Shown here: piece by piece, positions 11,901 through 23,150 of the stretch | How positions within the stretch are numbered: the stretch's first letter is position 1 | Layout: every line of letters starts with the position of its first letter | Origin: Raillietiella orientalis | Taxonomy: Eukaryota | Reading direction: 5' to 3' | Assembly: GCA_036172245.1 (NCBI GenBank) | Contig: JAYWIR010000007.1 | Coordinates: 4,588,001-4,652,000 of the forward strand | Length of the DNA stretch: 64,000 nt | Position numbers and translations under genes: made by a program | Notes under the pieces: generated by a model | What the model saw: the letters and a program-made list of their open reading frames with translations, nothing else | What the model was told of the DNA's origin: nothing | Database searches by the model: none

Positions 11901-14810
11901 GCTTTCCTGGAAGACGATTTTCGAGCAGGAAGTGCGTGCAGACGATTTTCGAGCAGGCATCAGGCGAGGGGTCGACTGCGGGGAAATTCTTTTGCCTTAC
12001 TTAAAGGGTGGTCACCTTCAATGCAGCTGCTTCAGTGCAACGGCGCGATTATTCCAGATGATCCGTCGCGAGCTGCACGTTCCCTCTTTTTTTTTCTTCT
12101 TTTTCGTTTGCGTCCGTTCCGGTCAGTGGAGCGTTGGTCTTTGGGAGGAGGTAGGTCGTCGAGCCCGGTTGTTCGGATTCTGACAAACGCTTGTTGAGCT
12201 CAGGAGTTGAGCTTTCTGTCTGTCCACTCTGCGCGCTCCTCGGTGGAGCCATTCCGACGTTCCACGTAGAACGACCGTGGACCCCGCCACTCTGTTTGGA
12301 ATGCTCAGCCCGTCCGAATTTCCCTTTCAAGCGAAGTGGCGGGCGGGAAAAGGACGAAGAAAACAAACACACAAAAAAAAAAAAACAGGGAATAGTTTTA
12401 AGGCTTCTTCCTGTAGACCGTGGACGCTCCCAAAGGCACGCGACTCCACAGGCCAGGAGGAGTGAGTGTTTTCCCGGTCGTACTTTCGCGGCCGCAGTTC
12501 GACGGGAGAGAGTTTCCAGCGACGTCGAAAGCGGCGTCGCGCTCCAGAGATTTTCCGCGACCCTCGGCGCCGCGCGGAAGCAGCAGCAAGCGGATGAAGC
12601 GAAACGGCGGCGGGTTCGGCGCTGGCGTTTCTCATCGGCCCGCCTGCATGTTTTGGGTCCGCGTAGAAATCCGGACGGCCTCCTCTGCAGCCCTTGTCGC
12701 TCGCGTCCATCTGTCGCGATGAAGGGGGAAAGGTTCCCCATCCTCCCGGAGGGCGTCGTCATCGCCCGGTGCTGTGATTGCCACCGAATTCCCTTCCTCT
12801 TTCCTTCCAGAAATTGAGGACCTGACGTTCCGAATCGTGGAGAGCGACGTACCCCACTACAGAGCCTGGGTTCAAATCGAGCAACTGAGGGAATCGAACC
12901 ACTGGCTTCCCGTCTGGTCCGGCGGCGAAGACGAAGCCGAGGACTCGGACAGGAGCGTCCTGTTCGATGACGTCTCTCCGTTCTTGATCGCCTTCTCGAG
13001 CCAGAGGCACAGCTTCCAGATCCTCGCCCAGTTTCTGCTGCTCCTTGGCGTCCCGCTGCATCCGCTAACCATGACGAACTTGTTGTCGTCCAGCTTGAAC
13101 GACGTGTGTCGCCTGACTCACGTGCCTCCATACGTGACGTGTTCCCCCTTCGTGTTCCCTTGCCCGCCGTTGTCTCCTACACTCCTTCAATTGCAACCTT
13201 TGGGACCCAACTGCCTTTCCTCCTCGTGTGACGTGAGGTACCAACAGTTCATCCAAAGGGTGTTCAGCCAAGCTTGTGGTTACTACGAGGAACCCTACCG
13301 GAGTTGGCTGTATGCCTGGAACGTTCGTTTCTTGTGCATTCGCGCCCTCTTGGTTGAAGAGCCGCTCTCCCTTCAAGGACGAGAAAAGGTCCGCGAGTTG
13401 CGACGAGAGGCGAAATCGCTGCTGAAGCACGAGTGCAACCGGAACAACGTGCCGCTGTACCTGGAGTACGCCCAACTGGAAACCGTGCTGGGCAACCAGA
13501 AGGAAGCAAGGAAGATCTTGCTGGCTTCCCTGTCAGCAGTGGAGCCCGGGACGGCAGACTGCTGGAGGATTACTTACGAGCTGGTGCTCTTGTTCTGGCA
13601 GGCGGAAGCCGTCTCAGCGGGCGCAGACCAGGAGAAAGACATCGTTGCCACGGTGTGCCGCTGCGTTCTCAAAGATCTTCCTTCGTCCAGTTTCTCCGCT
13701 TCCCCCATGGTCATCCTCAAGGCGCGGAAGACCTTCGAGAACCTTTTGGTGGATCTGCTGGGGCAAGACGGCGGCGCTGGCAAAGACTGCTTCCCGGAGG
13801 TCCACCTCAGCCGGCCCGTTCCCCAAGTGGCCTGCGTGGCGACCTGCTTCGCGTGCCTGCAGCAGCTCACGAGTGGTTACGGTGCCGCCTCCCGCGTCTT
13901 GGAGGGACTGCTGAAGCAAACCGCCAGCGTCTCCCACCTTCGCGAGCTCCTCTACTTTGCCCATCTGCGGATGGCCCTCTTCCACCAGAGCACGCGGGGA
14001 TGCCCTCTTGGCTTGGTGCGCGACGTGCTGGAGAGGGCCCTGTGCGACTTCCCGCTCAGCGTCGCTCTGCTGAAGCTGCTTGTGGACTTGGAATCCCGCT
14101 GCGCCCTGAGTGGCAGGCTCAGGCGATACTTCGGCCCTAGGCTGAAGAAGGCCCACCCGTGGGAAACCCTTTGGGCTGTCCTCGGAGAGCTCAGCCGCCA
14201 CGAGCGCATCGTGCGCGACAGCGGGGATGACGCGTTCCCCGTCACCGGTCACTTGCACCGCGTCCTGCACGCGCTCAAGGAGTCCCTGTCCGGCGCCGGT
14301 CCCCAGACACACAGCGTCCTGCTCTGGCGCGTCTACCTGTTCGTGCTGCACCGCTTCGGCTTCCGATCCCAGATGTCCCGCGTGTTCTACCGCGCTATCC
14401 AGTGCTGCCCGTGGGCCAAAGCCCTGTACGTGGACGCAGCCACGTACATGCCCGAGCTGCTGGAGCAGATCGAAGATCTCATGGTTGAGAAGGAACTGCG
14501 CGTGAGATTGCCTCTGGAGGAGCTCAAGGTGCTCATGGAGAAGGAGGACGCAGACCTCGGCGAAGGCGCCGAGAGAGAGGGGAAGGAAGAGGAGGAGGAC
14601 CGGAGAGCGAGGAACGAGGATCCGTCGGAGGTGGACGCCGGAGCCGAAAGCGAAAGCGGACTCTTGATCGAGGAGGACGGCGAAATGGAAACTGCCCTAC
14701 CTGGTGGTTCGCCGCGCATCCGCCGTGTGTCGTCGTCATCTTCATCTTCATCTTCTTCGCCCATGGACGACGACGACCACCCACCTGAAGATTCCAGCGA
14801 GGGAGAGTAG
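5837..14810 (+). CDS. NRDE2: Nuclear exosome regulator / nuclear RNAi factor NRDE2 orthologue; join(5837..5906,6135..6282,6425..6499,6548..6682,6863..7659,7706..7960,12811..14810), 1159 aa
   Basis: All six introns are GT-AG with matching phases (1,2,2,2,1,1) and the exon lengths sum to 3480 nt. NRDE2-family motifs (recalled, not searched) occur in order: LFPLF, LDWLSNASF, FRVDRKADP...ARY, EKKVAILDRALKDNP, LWSKYL, QSGYRERGVAIFQALLEFN, FWDSRLPRLGEEG..GW, EDSDRSVLFDDV, CPWAKALYVD, MVEKELRVRLPLEEL. Confidence 0.93.
6135..6282 (+). CDS. NRDE2: NRDE2 exon 2 (DPKPETHLDWLSNASF...KKKIRH)
   Basis: ttttag acceptor, LDWLSNxSF motif, donor AA|gtaact. Confidence 0.88.
6425..6499 (+). CDS. NRDE2: NRDE2 exon 3
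   Basis: ttcag acceptor and gtgagt donor; 75 nt, phase 2-2, open in frame. Not a conserved segment. Confidence 0.7.
6548..6682 (+). CDS. NRDE2: NRDE2 exon 4 (…EHAFRVDRKADPTIKAFSVMRPVFVAR)
   Basis: ctcag acceptor, AG|gtattg donor, conserved D-x-K-x-D-P block. Confidence 0.85.
6863..7659 (+). CDS. NRDE2: NRDE2 exon 5
   Basis: Lies within ORF 6807-7673. ttctag acceptor; start of the NRDE-2 helical-repeat domain; in-frame donor A|gtatgt at 7660. Confidence 0.9.
7706..7960 (+). CDS. NRDE2: NRDE2 exon 6
   Basis: Lies within ORF 7678-7965. catag acceptor; FWDS..PRLGE motif; donor G|gttagt. Confidence 0.9.
9120..9220 (+). mobile_element. Gag-type zinc-knuckle relic (retroelement ORF1 fragment) in NRDE2 intron 6
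   Basis: tgc-cgc-c / ccc-tgc-agg-agc-aag-ggg-cac-cac-cca-tcc-cag-tgc reads C..CRSKGHHPSQCP (CX2CX4HX4C with one frameshift), in a GC-richer patch. Confidence 0.45.
9929..9954. repeat. (AG)13 microsatellite
   Basis: Read directly from the sequence. Confidence 0.95.
10170..11900 (-). mobile_element. Highly degenerate L1/Tx1-like ORF2 fragment, antisense in NRDE2 intron 6
   Basis: Minus-strand ghosts in the expected order: WVLPQED (~APE LQET) near 11850, an SRID-like region near 11260, and IRVALRNSLKP...STGPA...SLLSGVI (~EI..AL..KSPGPDG...G.I, RT start) at 10390-10230. The motifs are eroded. Confidence 0.4.
12811..14810 (+). CDS. NRDE2: NRDE2 terminal exon 7 (2000 nt)
   Basis: Strong polypyrimidine acceptor (ttcctctttccttccag). 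Phase 1 matches exon 6. ORF 12774-14810 carries the C-terminal NRDE2 motifs. TAG at 14808-14810. Confidence 0.93.
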
Positions 14811-15120
14811 CCGTGTCGTCGGGTGGGAGGGTGAGGCGAAAGGCTGGCCTCTCTCCTCCGTCCAACTCTGCTTCCGCGTCCAGTGCCATGAGCGCAGAGA
14901 GAGGGAGGAAGCGACTGCTGCGCTCCTGGCTGGTTGACTGGACTATGATCATTTTGTTTCGCTGCTGTTAAACGGGGGTAAAATTTGGTGCGGAGCGAAC
15001 GGAAGTGGAAGCGCACGTGTCTAGTTTCCTCCCGGTCCCTCCCCCCCTCCTTTACAGTTTCCCCGGTAAAAAAAAGAAAAACAAAACGGAGGTGGTGGGG
15101 AAGCCTCATCAGCAAGTGAA

Positions 15121-15126
15121 AATAAA
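15121..15126 (+). promoter_or_regulatory. Candidate NRDE2 polyadenylation signal AATAAA
   Basis: First AATAAA after the stop codon (~310 nt downstream), with T-rich tracts following. Confidence 0.55.
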
Positions 15127-16224
15127 AAGATGGAAACCCCGTTGGCGAAAGCGACGCACCACGACACTTCTTGAATTTTCCTTTCAGCAGCTGCTCCTGC
15201 GACGCAGCCTAGTTTTCGTTGGCGGAGTTCCCGTATCAGAGTAGCGGGGGGGAATGCTGCCACCGTAATATGCCAAGAGAGTGACGGTTGCCGGCGACCC
15301 CAGTGTCAGGGGTGGCGGCGGCCTTGCCTGGCCCGTTTTGGGAGAGTGGAGGTCGCAGGCAGCGGCAGTCGCACTGCACCGCGGCCTCCGTGGTCACCTT
15401 AGGCGCTTCGTTTCCAGCGGGCCCTCCAGGCTCATGCCCACCTCCCAGTTTGCCGCCATGGAATGTGCCTCCTGATGACGTCTTTGCGGGGAACGCGCCT
15501 TGTGGTCTGCAGTGCAATGCATCCTCCGGTCGCACGAGTGCGGAGGAGCGGAAGGGCACTGCCCTTCGCCCTGCCCAGGAGCAAACGGGAGCGGAGCTCG
15601 TGAAAACCTCACCGTTGCTCAGTGCGTCGTCTCTAATTACGTGGGGAGGGAGGGGAGGGTTCCTCGGTGCCCGTCTGATCGACTCGAACCCGGGGTGAGT
15701 GGGGGAAGGGGCAGGTCTGCAGGCGTAGTGTACCGCGTCAGAACCACCCATCCTCCATGAATCCTTCAGGACCGAGGATCCGCATGCGACCGAGTTCGAA
15801 GAGCAGAAACGTCGGGCGAGTAAGGGGAGAGGGCGGAGCAGGAGAAGGGAGAGAAGACGGCGGAGCGCGGTGAGCCTCTGGGGGAGGCGCATTTCTTTTC
15901 CCGCCGGTTTCCCCGCCTACAAGGTTTGTCCCCCGGAGCGAGGGAGGGTGCAAGAGGGAAGGCATTCCTCCTCCTCTGCTTTCCTCTGCTCTCCCTAAGC
16001 GCTTCGAAGGAGGGAGGGGAGCAGTCGAAGGGGAGGAGGGAGGGTTCTGCATTCTTCAAGAGAGGGGGGGAGGAGTAGGGCTCCTCGGGATCGCGAGAGC
16101 CTGCCTTGCACGTCCTTCCCTGGAGGGGTGGTCTGCTCTAAGAAGGTGCGAATCACCCACTGGGGCTGCTTGTACCACTCCTTCCCACCTTACCGATGGG
16201 GCTAGCGAGCAGGGACCGTGGAAG

Positions 16225-19200
16225 AGCTCCGGAGGGTCTGCAAGATCTCTGGATCCCAGGACATCCGCCCCTCCCCCCCCTTCCCATGTTTTTGATTTCC
16301 CGCCCCTCTCCGGGAAGGAGTCACACCGCCAGGCGATCGGATGGGGAGGAGGGCGAGGCGCCGCCCACGGGAAGGAGTGGGTCTCCTCCCTTCCCTTCTC
16401 CCCCCCCCCACCTGCAACGCGGAAGGGGGGCAGACGCTCTGGAAAGATGCCCTGGGGTGTTGAAGGAGAAAAGCGAAGAGGAACTCAGGGAGACCCATGC
16501 AGGCCGGCGCCCTTTCTCTTCCGGGAAGGAGAGCGGCGCGCGCCTTCCTACCCTTCGATTGGCGTTGCCCGCAGGCGGCGTTCTGAGAATCCTTTCTTCA
16601 AGACTTGCCCGTTCCCGTGGACCCGGCAGAGTCCTGTCTCACAGTACAGAGGATCCCCTCCGGGAAACGAGAAGGGGGAAGTCCTGGGAGAACTGCTTTC
16701 GCGGGAGCAGGGACACCCGTGTGGCTCCTGTCTCCCTCCCTACTCCTGCTTTTCCCTTCATAATGCCGCCCACTCCTCACCCGAGGCGCCCTCACACACG
16801 GAAGAGGAACGCCCTCGAGCGGTGCGGAGGCGTCTTTTCAGGCGCGACGGCGCCTCCGGACTCCGACTGGAGCTTCGCTTCCTCCCCGCACGGTGGCAGA
16901 AGCGGCAGGAGAAGGTACGGGAAACCGGAAGGCGGAGCGGAAGGAAAGAGGAAACCCAACCCTCGTGACCTTGGAAACGGGGAAGCCATCCGCGAGGGTG
17001 GCGGAGGCACGCGGCCCACGGAAGGCGCGTGAGGCGGGAGGAGGCAGGGGCAGTCGAATTCCGGAGGCTCTCTCTCCGGGGTGCGCGGGGAAGGGGAGCA
17101 AGGACGCGTCGATCTTATTGAATGCGGGCGGCGGGTACACCGGAAGGACCTCGAGAGGGGTGGGGGACTGGAACCCTCTTCCTTCCGTTACCCTGCTGCT
17201 CTCCCCTGTCTTCGCCTTCCTGGAAAGCAGGGCAGATAGCCTGCCATCTTGGCGCAGGACCGCCACTTGGAGAGCGATTCTCGTCCACCTGCCAGATTGT
17301 GGCGCACGACGGACAGGGCGGGGGGGAAGAGGAAGAGGGAACCCTCCCTCCCCTCCCCTCTCGTGCCACGCCAGGCGCCCGATCCGAAAGCTCCAGGGGT
17401 CCTTCGTTGCCCCCTCCCTCCGGAAAGCAGGCGGCGGCACCTAGAATGGGGACGCGCGGCTGGCAAGCTCCGGCCAAACGGGAGCAGGGCGTGGGGATTG
17501 ATCCTCCTACCCAGATCCTCCTCTCAAAAACCGGTCCGGCCCCTTCCCCTTTTTTCCCTACGCACCCGAAAGGTCGTGTCCTTTCTCCCTCCTTCCCTAT
17601 GGGTTCTTCCTCGCAGGTCCTTGGAGCCGGGAGGGAACCATCGTTTGCGCTTTGATAGCAAGCTAAGGGAGGAGTGCTCTCGGCGCCCGCTGCAATCGCC
17701 GGGAGGATCCCCCAGGAATCGGAAGAAGGGCGCGCGCGCGCCGCCGCCGCCGCTTCGGAGGGCCACGAAGGCGCAAGGGCGTTTCCCGCACACTGCTGGC
17801 CTCCATTCCCTGGAGGCACCTGCAACGGGACTCTTCGACTGGCCCGCGGATTTTTCCCTTTGGCCTCCGGGGAAAACCCAATCCCCGGTGCCACCGCACG
17901 GGATGACTCCCGGAAGAATCACGGAGGAAGCGGGAGGGAAGTTCGCGTCCGAGGTCCCGGAGACTCCGACGGAAGGCGCGTCCGGTCACGGTCCGGGCAA
18001 GGGGCTGAACGTGCCCCACGGGGGGGCGGAGTCGGCAGGAGGAAGTGTCCTCGTCTGCGGGTGCAGGGGGACTCCTGGTAGGAGACCCCGGAGCGAAACG
18101 GTTGTGCCGGTTCCCCTCCCACCCGAGGCTGCCGGAGGGCGGCTTCAGGACCACCCGGACCTCAGGAAGCGAAGAGGTGGAAGAAAGGAAGGAGGAGAAG
18201 GAAGGGGAAGAGCACGCCCTCGTCGACCCGCAGCCACGCCATTCCTCCTGGGGGGAGCGGATGTGCTCCTTTTCCTCCTCCCTCCATCTCCAAGCCTCTT
18301 CCCCCTGCCGAAACCGGAGGTTCCCGTGTTGCACGGCTGCTGCTGTAGTCCGCTTTCCCCCCTCCCTTTCCCCCTTTGAACTCCGTCCCTTCTAACGGAA
18401 ATGCTGTTCCTCAGCTCAACGTCCCTGCACCTCATCAGCCAGCAGAGGCAGGCGATCTTCCGCTGCATCCTGGAGAACCATTGCAACCGTTGAATCTCTT
18501 CGTCCGATCGCATCCGATCGTTCTTTGAGGACTGCCCTACGGCCAGCTGGCGAGTCCGAGAGCTTGTGCCACCGCCAACTCCGCCAGCATCCGCGGCTTC
18601 CGCTTCCCTGCGACCCCGGTCAAGGATCCGGCCAAATGAAAAAAAAAAAAGTTCCAACGTCTGAAGCGGAAACGGATCTTCCTGAAGAAATGCCGTCGCT
18701 GCGTTCCTTGCGACGGGCGCCTCGCCGAACTGCGAGGCCGTCTGGGAGTCCCCTTGGCGGGATCTCCATTGGTCCGCTGGGATAGCGGCACCGACTCACC
18801 GTCCCGCCGCCGCGGCGGCGTCTGCTCCGATGCTCGCGAGCGCACCGCTTTGGAATTCAACCGGGACCTCGGCTTTGCCGCGGGCGTGCCAAGGAAAGGG
18901 TCAAGTTGGTCTGCCGCCTTGTGGCTACTCGCGCTGGCGGCGGCGAAAGGGGAACGCGGATCGAGCAGTTTCTCTGCTGGCGGACTGTTGCTGAAAGAGC
19001 ACTGCGCCGATCGACCGCTGGAGTCGCCGCTGGTGGATTTTCGGAATTTCTCACGAGGGAATCGCGGGAAGAGTGGGAAGAAGAGCAGGAACCGAACTGC
19101 ATGACCGGGAGCTTCTTCAGGCAGGCACTTCGGAAGGGGACTGACGCTGAGCCCCTTGTGGGTGATTCCCGCCTGGGAAAATTCGGCGGGAAAGGAAATG

Positions 19201-22200
19201 ATCCGGAAAAGCCATGAAGCCCTTCCTGGAACGCTGCGATTTCACTAAAGACTCTGAGAGCCCTCACCCATGTGCGGTCAGGTGCGTTGAAGGAGGGGAT
19301 TCTCTCCTCACCCCTCCCTCCCCTGATTCGCGCGCGCGATTCCTCCCGGGCGCTGGCCGAGCACGCCGCGCGTCTTAGGGGATCCATCACGTTCCGCGCA
19401 GCTCCCTGCTCGACTCCAGCACCTGCGACGTTCGTTCCTCAACGGACATTCTTGCCACTTTTCTCCACTCACTCGAAAACGAGCCTTTCCAAGCAACTGG
19501 GGCGGCGACCACGAGAGCAGCGACCCGTCCTGCCGGACTCTTCGAGACGCACCGAGGTGGCGACCGGTGCCGGTCGCCCGTCGCCCTTCCGAAGAGGTCA
19601 CCGCTCATGGTCGCCGGGTGTTTTCAGCCTCGGCTCACTCTCCCCCGCGAGCGCCGCCAGTGCTTCGGGCTCCGGACCCACGGCCGATGGGGAACTCCGG
19701 GTAGGAATCCTGTTGACAATGATGACGGGTGCGTGGACTCGCGGAAGGATCGTTCGCAAAGAGACCGTTCGACGTGATGGGAAAAAGTGCACACGCGCGA
19801 GCGACGACGGCTCGGACGGAGGGTCGGTCTGCACCTCGTCCCCCCCCCTTCCAGCGGCGCTGCCCTCCCACGGAGACGTGGCAGCGTCCGTGGCAACGCG
19901 TTTCGACACGGCGCTCCGCTCCGGACCGAGAGGGGATGCCCATTCCTTGGAATGCCCTCCTCCTCTGCTGGAAGGAATGCGATCGAGAAAGAACGGAAGC
20001 ATCGAGGTGCTCCCTCCCCATCCTCTCTTTCCTCCTTTGTGGAGACTCGCCGAAGAGATTTAGGCGGATCCTTTCCGGCACGTCCACACACGCGACGGGG
20101 AGAACGCTCCCCGTCGCAGAACGAAGAAAGCGACCAGCCGGAAGTCCAGGAGGCCTCTCGGGCTGCTGCTGCTCTTCAGACGCACTTCGGGCAGGATGTT
20201 TGGAGGTGGTGGGAGCATCGGGACTCCGCCCGCCCAGCGCTGCACTCGCTCCGTGCCGGCGCGCTCCCGCATGAGCGGACGGTCCTGCAGGCGCTCTCGA
20301 AAAGGCACCGTCGACGAGTTCGCTTCGGTAGCACGTGAGGAGGAGGAGGAGGGGGCACCTTTGGGGAATCTGAAGGATGAACGTCGATGCTCGCCGTCCC
20401 ATGCGGTCGAAGAACGGAGGCTCTTTGCGCTCAAGTGGGATGGCGGAGTAGCCCCCTTCGCTGCGTCCCCGGCCGTGGGAATCCCCGCGACCTCTTCCTC
20501 GGCCCAACGGAAGCTCCGAACACTCTCTCTCCCCTCCTCTTTTCACCGGGAGAGCTCCGTCAGGATCCCCACGGGACGTGCGCCCTCGCGCGCGCCTGAT
20601 GCCCGCAACTCTCTCTGGGCTCTTCCTCCGCACAGGACGCCTCCCCAGGGCTTTGCCGGGGTTGCCGGGAATCGGCCCCCCGGCAATCGGCCTCGAAGCT
20701 TTCTCCCCGACTCCTGGCCGCGGGACGCGGCGATGGAGGTTCCCACTCCGATGACGCGAGTCCGACGTCCCACCTTTCCGTCCCAGCATGGTCGGCAGTC
20801 TCCCTTGGTGGACTCTCGATTTACATGGCTGAGCTCCGAGGCTGCGGCCACGCTGAGGACGCCGTCTGCTCCCGCCGCCTCCCGAGAGCGAGCGTCGTCC
20901 CTTCTTCAGCCGCCGCGCCGCGAACTGCAGAAGGAACGGGAAGAGGGGAGACCGTCAATCACCCACCTTTCCCGCGCCTTCCTTCCTGAAGGCAGCTCGA
21001 ACTCCCTTCGCTTCCGGGGAGGAGAGCGACTCGGAGAACGCTCGCGACCATCGCAGCTTGATGACGTCACTCCGCCTCTCTTCAGAGGACGTCAAGGGAG
21101 AAGCAGGCGGGCGGTGCCGCTCGTGCAGGTTCCGACGGTCGGGGTTTTCCGGGATCCGGAAATCCGGTTTCAAGAGAAAGGGGGCCCGGGGCGTGGACCG
21201 CCGCCGTTTTCCGGAAGAAACTTTCTCCTCCTCTCTTCCCTTCCTCCCTTCCTCCCCCTCCTTCCCACCGAAAGGGGGAAGTTTTGCTTGGACGACGGCT
21301 TCTATTGCCCCCGCTTCCCCCTCCCCAGGGAACGTGCACTGCCGACATGGAAGATACGAGGTCTACGGCTAAAGGGGAGAAGTTCCGGCAACCTCACCAT
21401 GTGGCGGCCCCCACCCGTTTCGTCCTCCACCCGAGACCGTGTTTTTTTTTTCTCCCCATCCCGGACTGCCAGAGGTGGCTCAGTCTGCTCCTCCGGCAAT
21501 CTTCCTGGAGGGAAGTGGCCCGCGTCGGGGCACGCCACTCCCCTTTCGGTGCTCTTTGCCCGTTGTCCAGCAACCTTCCGTGCTCCGAGGACCTCGCCGC
21601 TTGGCAGGAACCCGGCAATGTGGAACACGTTCGTGGCCCCTTCCTTTTCGCCACTTCCTTTTTGTTGGCCCTCCACCCTGTGGGGTGAAGAGGCGGACAA
21701 AGGACCTCCTGAAGATCGCCCTTTGGGGCAGAGGGAGGCCCCGAGTCCGCCTGAAGGACTTGTGTGCTCCGTTTCGCGCTGGAGGCCTCGGTCTCCTGAC
21801 GCTGGAGCGGTTGGAAGTGCAGCTGCAGTTCAGGACGTTAGCCCTAGTGGCGCAGTTGTGGAGCACCATCTGGTGCGAGCCTGCACGACACCTGGTTCAG
21901 CGAGCCAACGGCTGCGCGGGACTGTCTATACCTTCCTAGCGCGCCGCAAACGCCGGTACCTGTTCCACTGCGGACTGGAACTTAGGCGAGTGGTCAAGCT
22001 GACCAGGATGAACACCTGGATCTCCCGCCGGCCCGCGAACGGCACTTCCTGGTTGCAGAAAAGCCTTCGCACATGGGCCCAGATTGAGGAAGCGATCACG
22101 GCAGCGACTGCTGTACTCCTTTTACAACAGCAGTTCGCTGCAGGACATCATCGTGCAGCCCGCCTCGCGTGCGTGGGCTGAGAGAACCTCCCTTGCCGCA

Positions 22201-23150
22201 GCTCTGCCCTACCTCAGGGAGCATCTGGGCAGTAGTCAGCCGGCCAAGTGGCAGGCCCGTTATAGCATCTCAAGAAGAGAGAAGGAACAAGGTGGTTGGA
22301 CCACGGGCCATCTGACTGATGCTGCGACCCCAAGTGCCCCACCAAAAGGACTACTGAGCTGCTGAACATCCCGTTGGATGTACTCGAGTGGCCCCCAGTG
22401 CTGAAGAATATCCGGGCCCTTCCCCTGAAATGGGAGGAGTCGGCGTTTCTGGTGTTGCATTGGGGACTCCCCAGCAACGCCCGCTGATCTCACTGGACGA
22501 GGGGGGCTGTGGACCCGAACTGTGTCAGGTGCGGAGAACGGGAATCCCTCCCGCACCTGCTTCTTGACTGTGTTGCCCTCCGGCCCCTGTGGTTGCGTTT
22601 CGCAACGGCCCTTGATGCACCCATGAACAACCCCAGAGACTCATTCAAGCGCCTCTTTGCGCGCGACGCCCTTTCGCACTTGCAGCCCTTGCAGCCCTTT
22701 GCTGCCTGCGAAAGGCTGTGGAGGCTTGGAGCAACGCCACTGGTGGACAGAACGATAGGGACGCCATCTGCTCCGCCTTGCGCTTCCTGAGGACAGCAGT
22801 CCGATGGTCCCATTTGGGACATATGCGGACTGAACTTGCCGGCATCCTGGAAAGGATGTAGAAGACGACCCCAGCGGAACGTGATCCCTTCCCCGACCCC
22901 CCCTGCTTTTGTAAATAGGGTTTACTTTTTTTTTGCTTCTATTTGTCCCTTCCCCTCCGCTGGCGAGTCGAACTCGCCGGCCTGCAAGCTGGCTACTCGG
23001 CAAGTTCAGAGTTTTTGACGGACGTTGTAGGATCAATGGCCCTACACATGCTTGTTTGTTTGTTTTTCACGAAAATAAACGCCTCGGCGCACCCGGGTGT
23101 GTTGGAACCCGGCGGTCCCGCGACCATCTCTCTGTATGCTGGGGTTCCTG
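16225..23150 (+). mobile_element. Copy A: near full-length (~6.9 kb) decayed L1/Tx1-clade non-LTR retrotransposon
   Basis: Ordered remnants: ORF1-like region (~17880-18120); APE SWN (~19224), VGILL...GRI (~19700), GDSP (~20040); RT RTLSL (~RPISL), QGFAG, QLDDVT (~YADD, 21054-21065), KIRGL, ALWG..RV..LCAP..GGLG (~21720-21795); zf-RVT CVRCGERESLPHLLLDC (~22521-22571); T-rich 3' UTR with AATAAA at 23074. Multiple frameshifts. Confidence 0.8.

Noticed and set aside
11912..11957. Two identical 18-bp repeats (agacgattttcgagcagg) with a 10-bp spacer, CRISPR-like at first sight
   Set aside because: Only two copies, the spacer is too short, there are no cas genes, and the context is a eukaryotic intron. 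It is a simple local duplication.
12049..15115. Antisense and alternative-frame ORFs over NRDE2 exon 7
   Set aside because: Shadow ORFs caused by high GC3 in the real exon.
23092..23125. Reverse tRNA-like T-arm (gaacccgg...tcccgcg) suggesting a tRNA target site
   Set aside because: There is no TTCGA loop or cloverleaf, and it is not retained in copies C and D. A tRNAscan-SE run would be needed to revive the idea.
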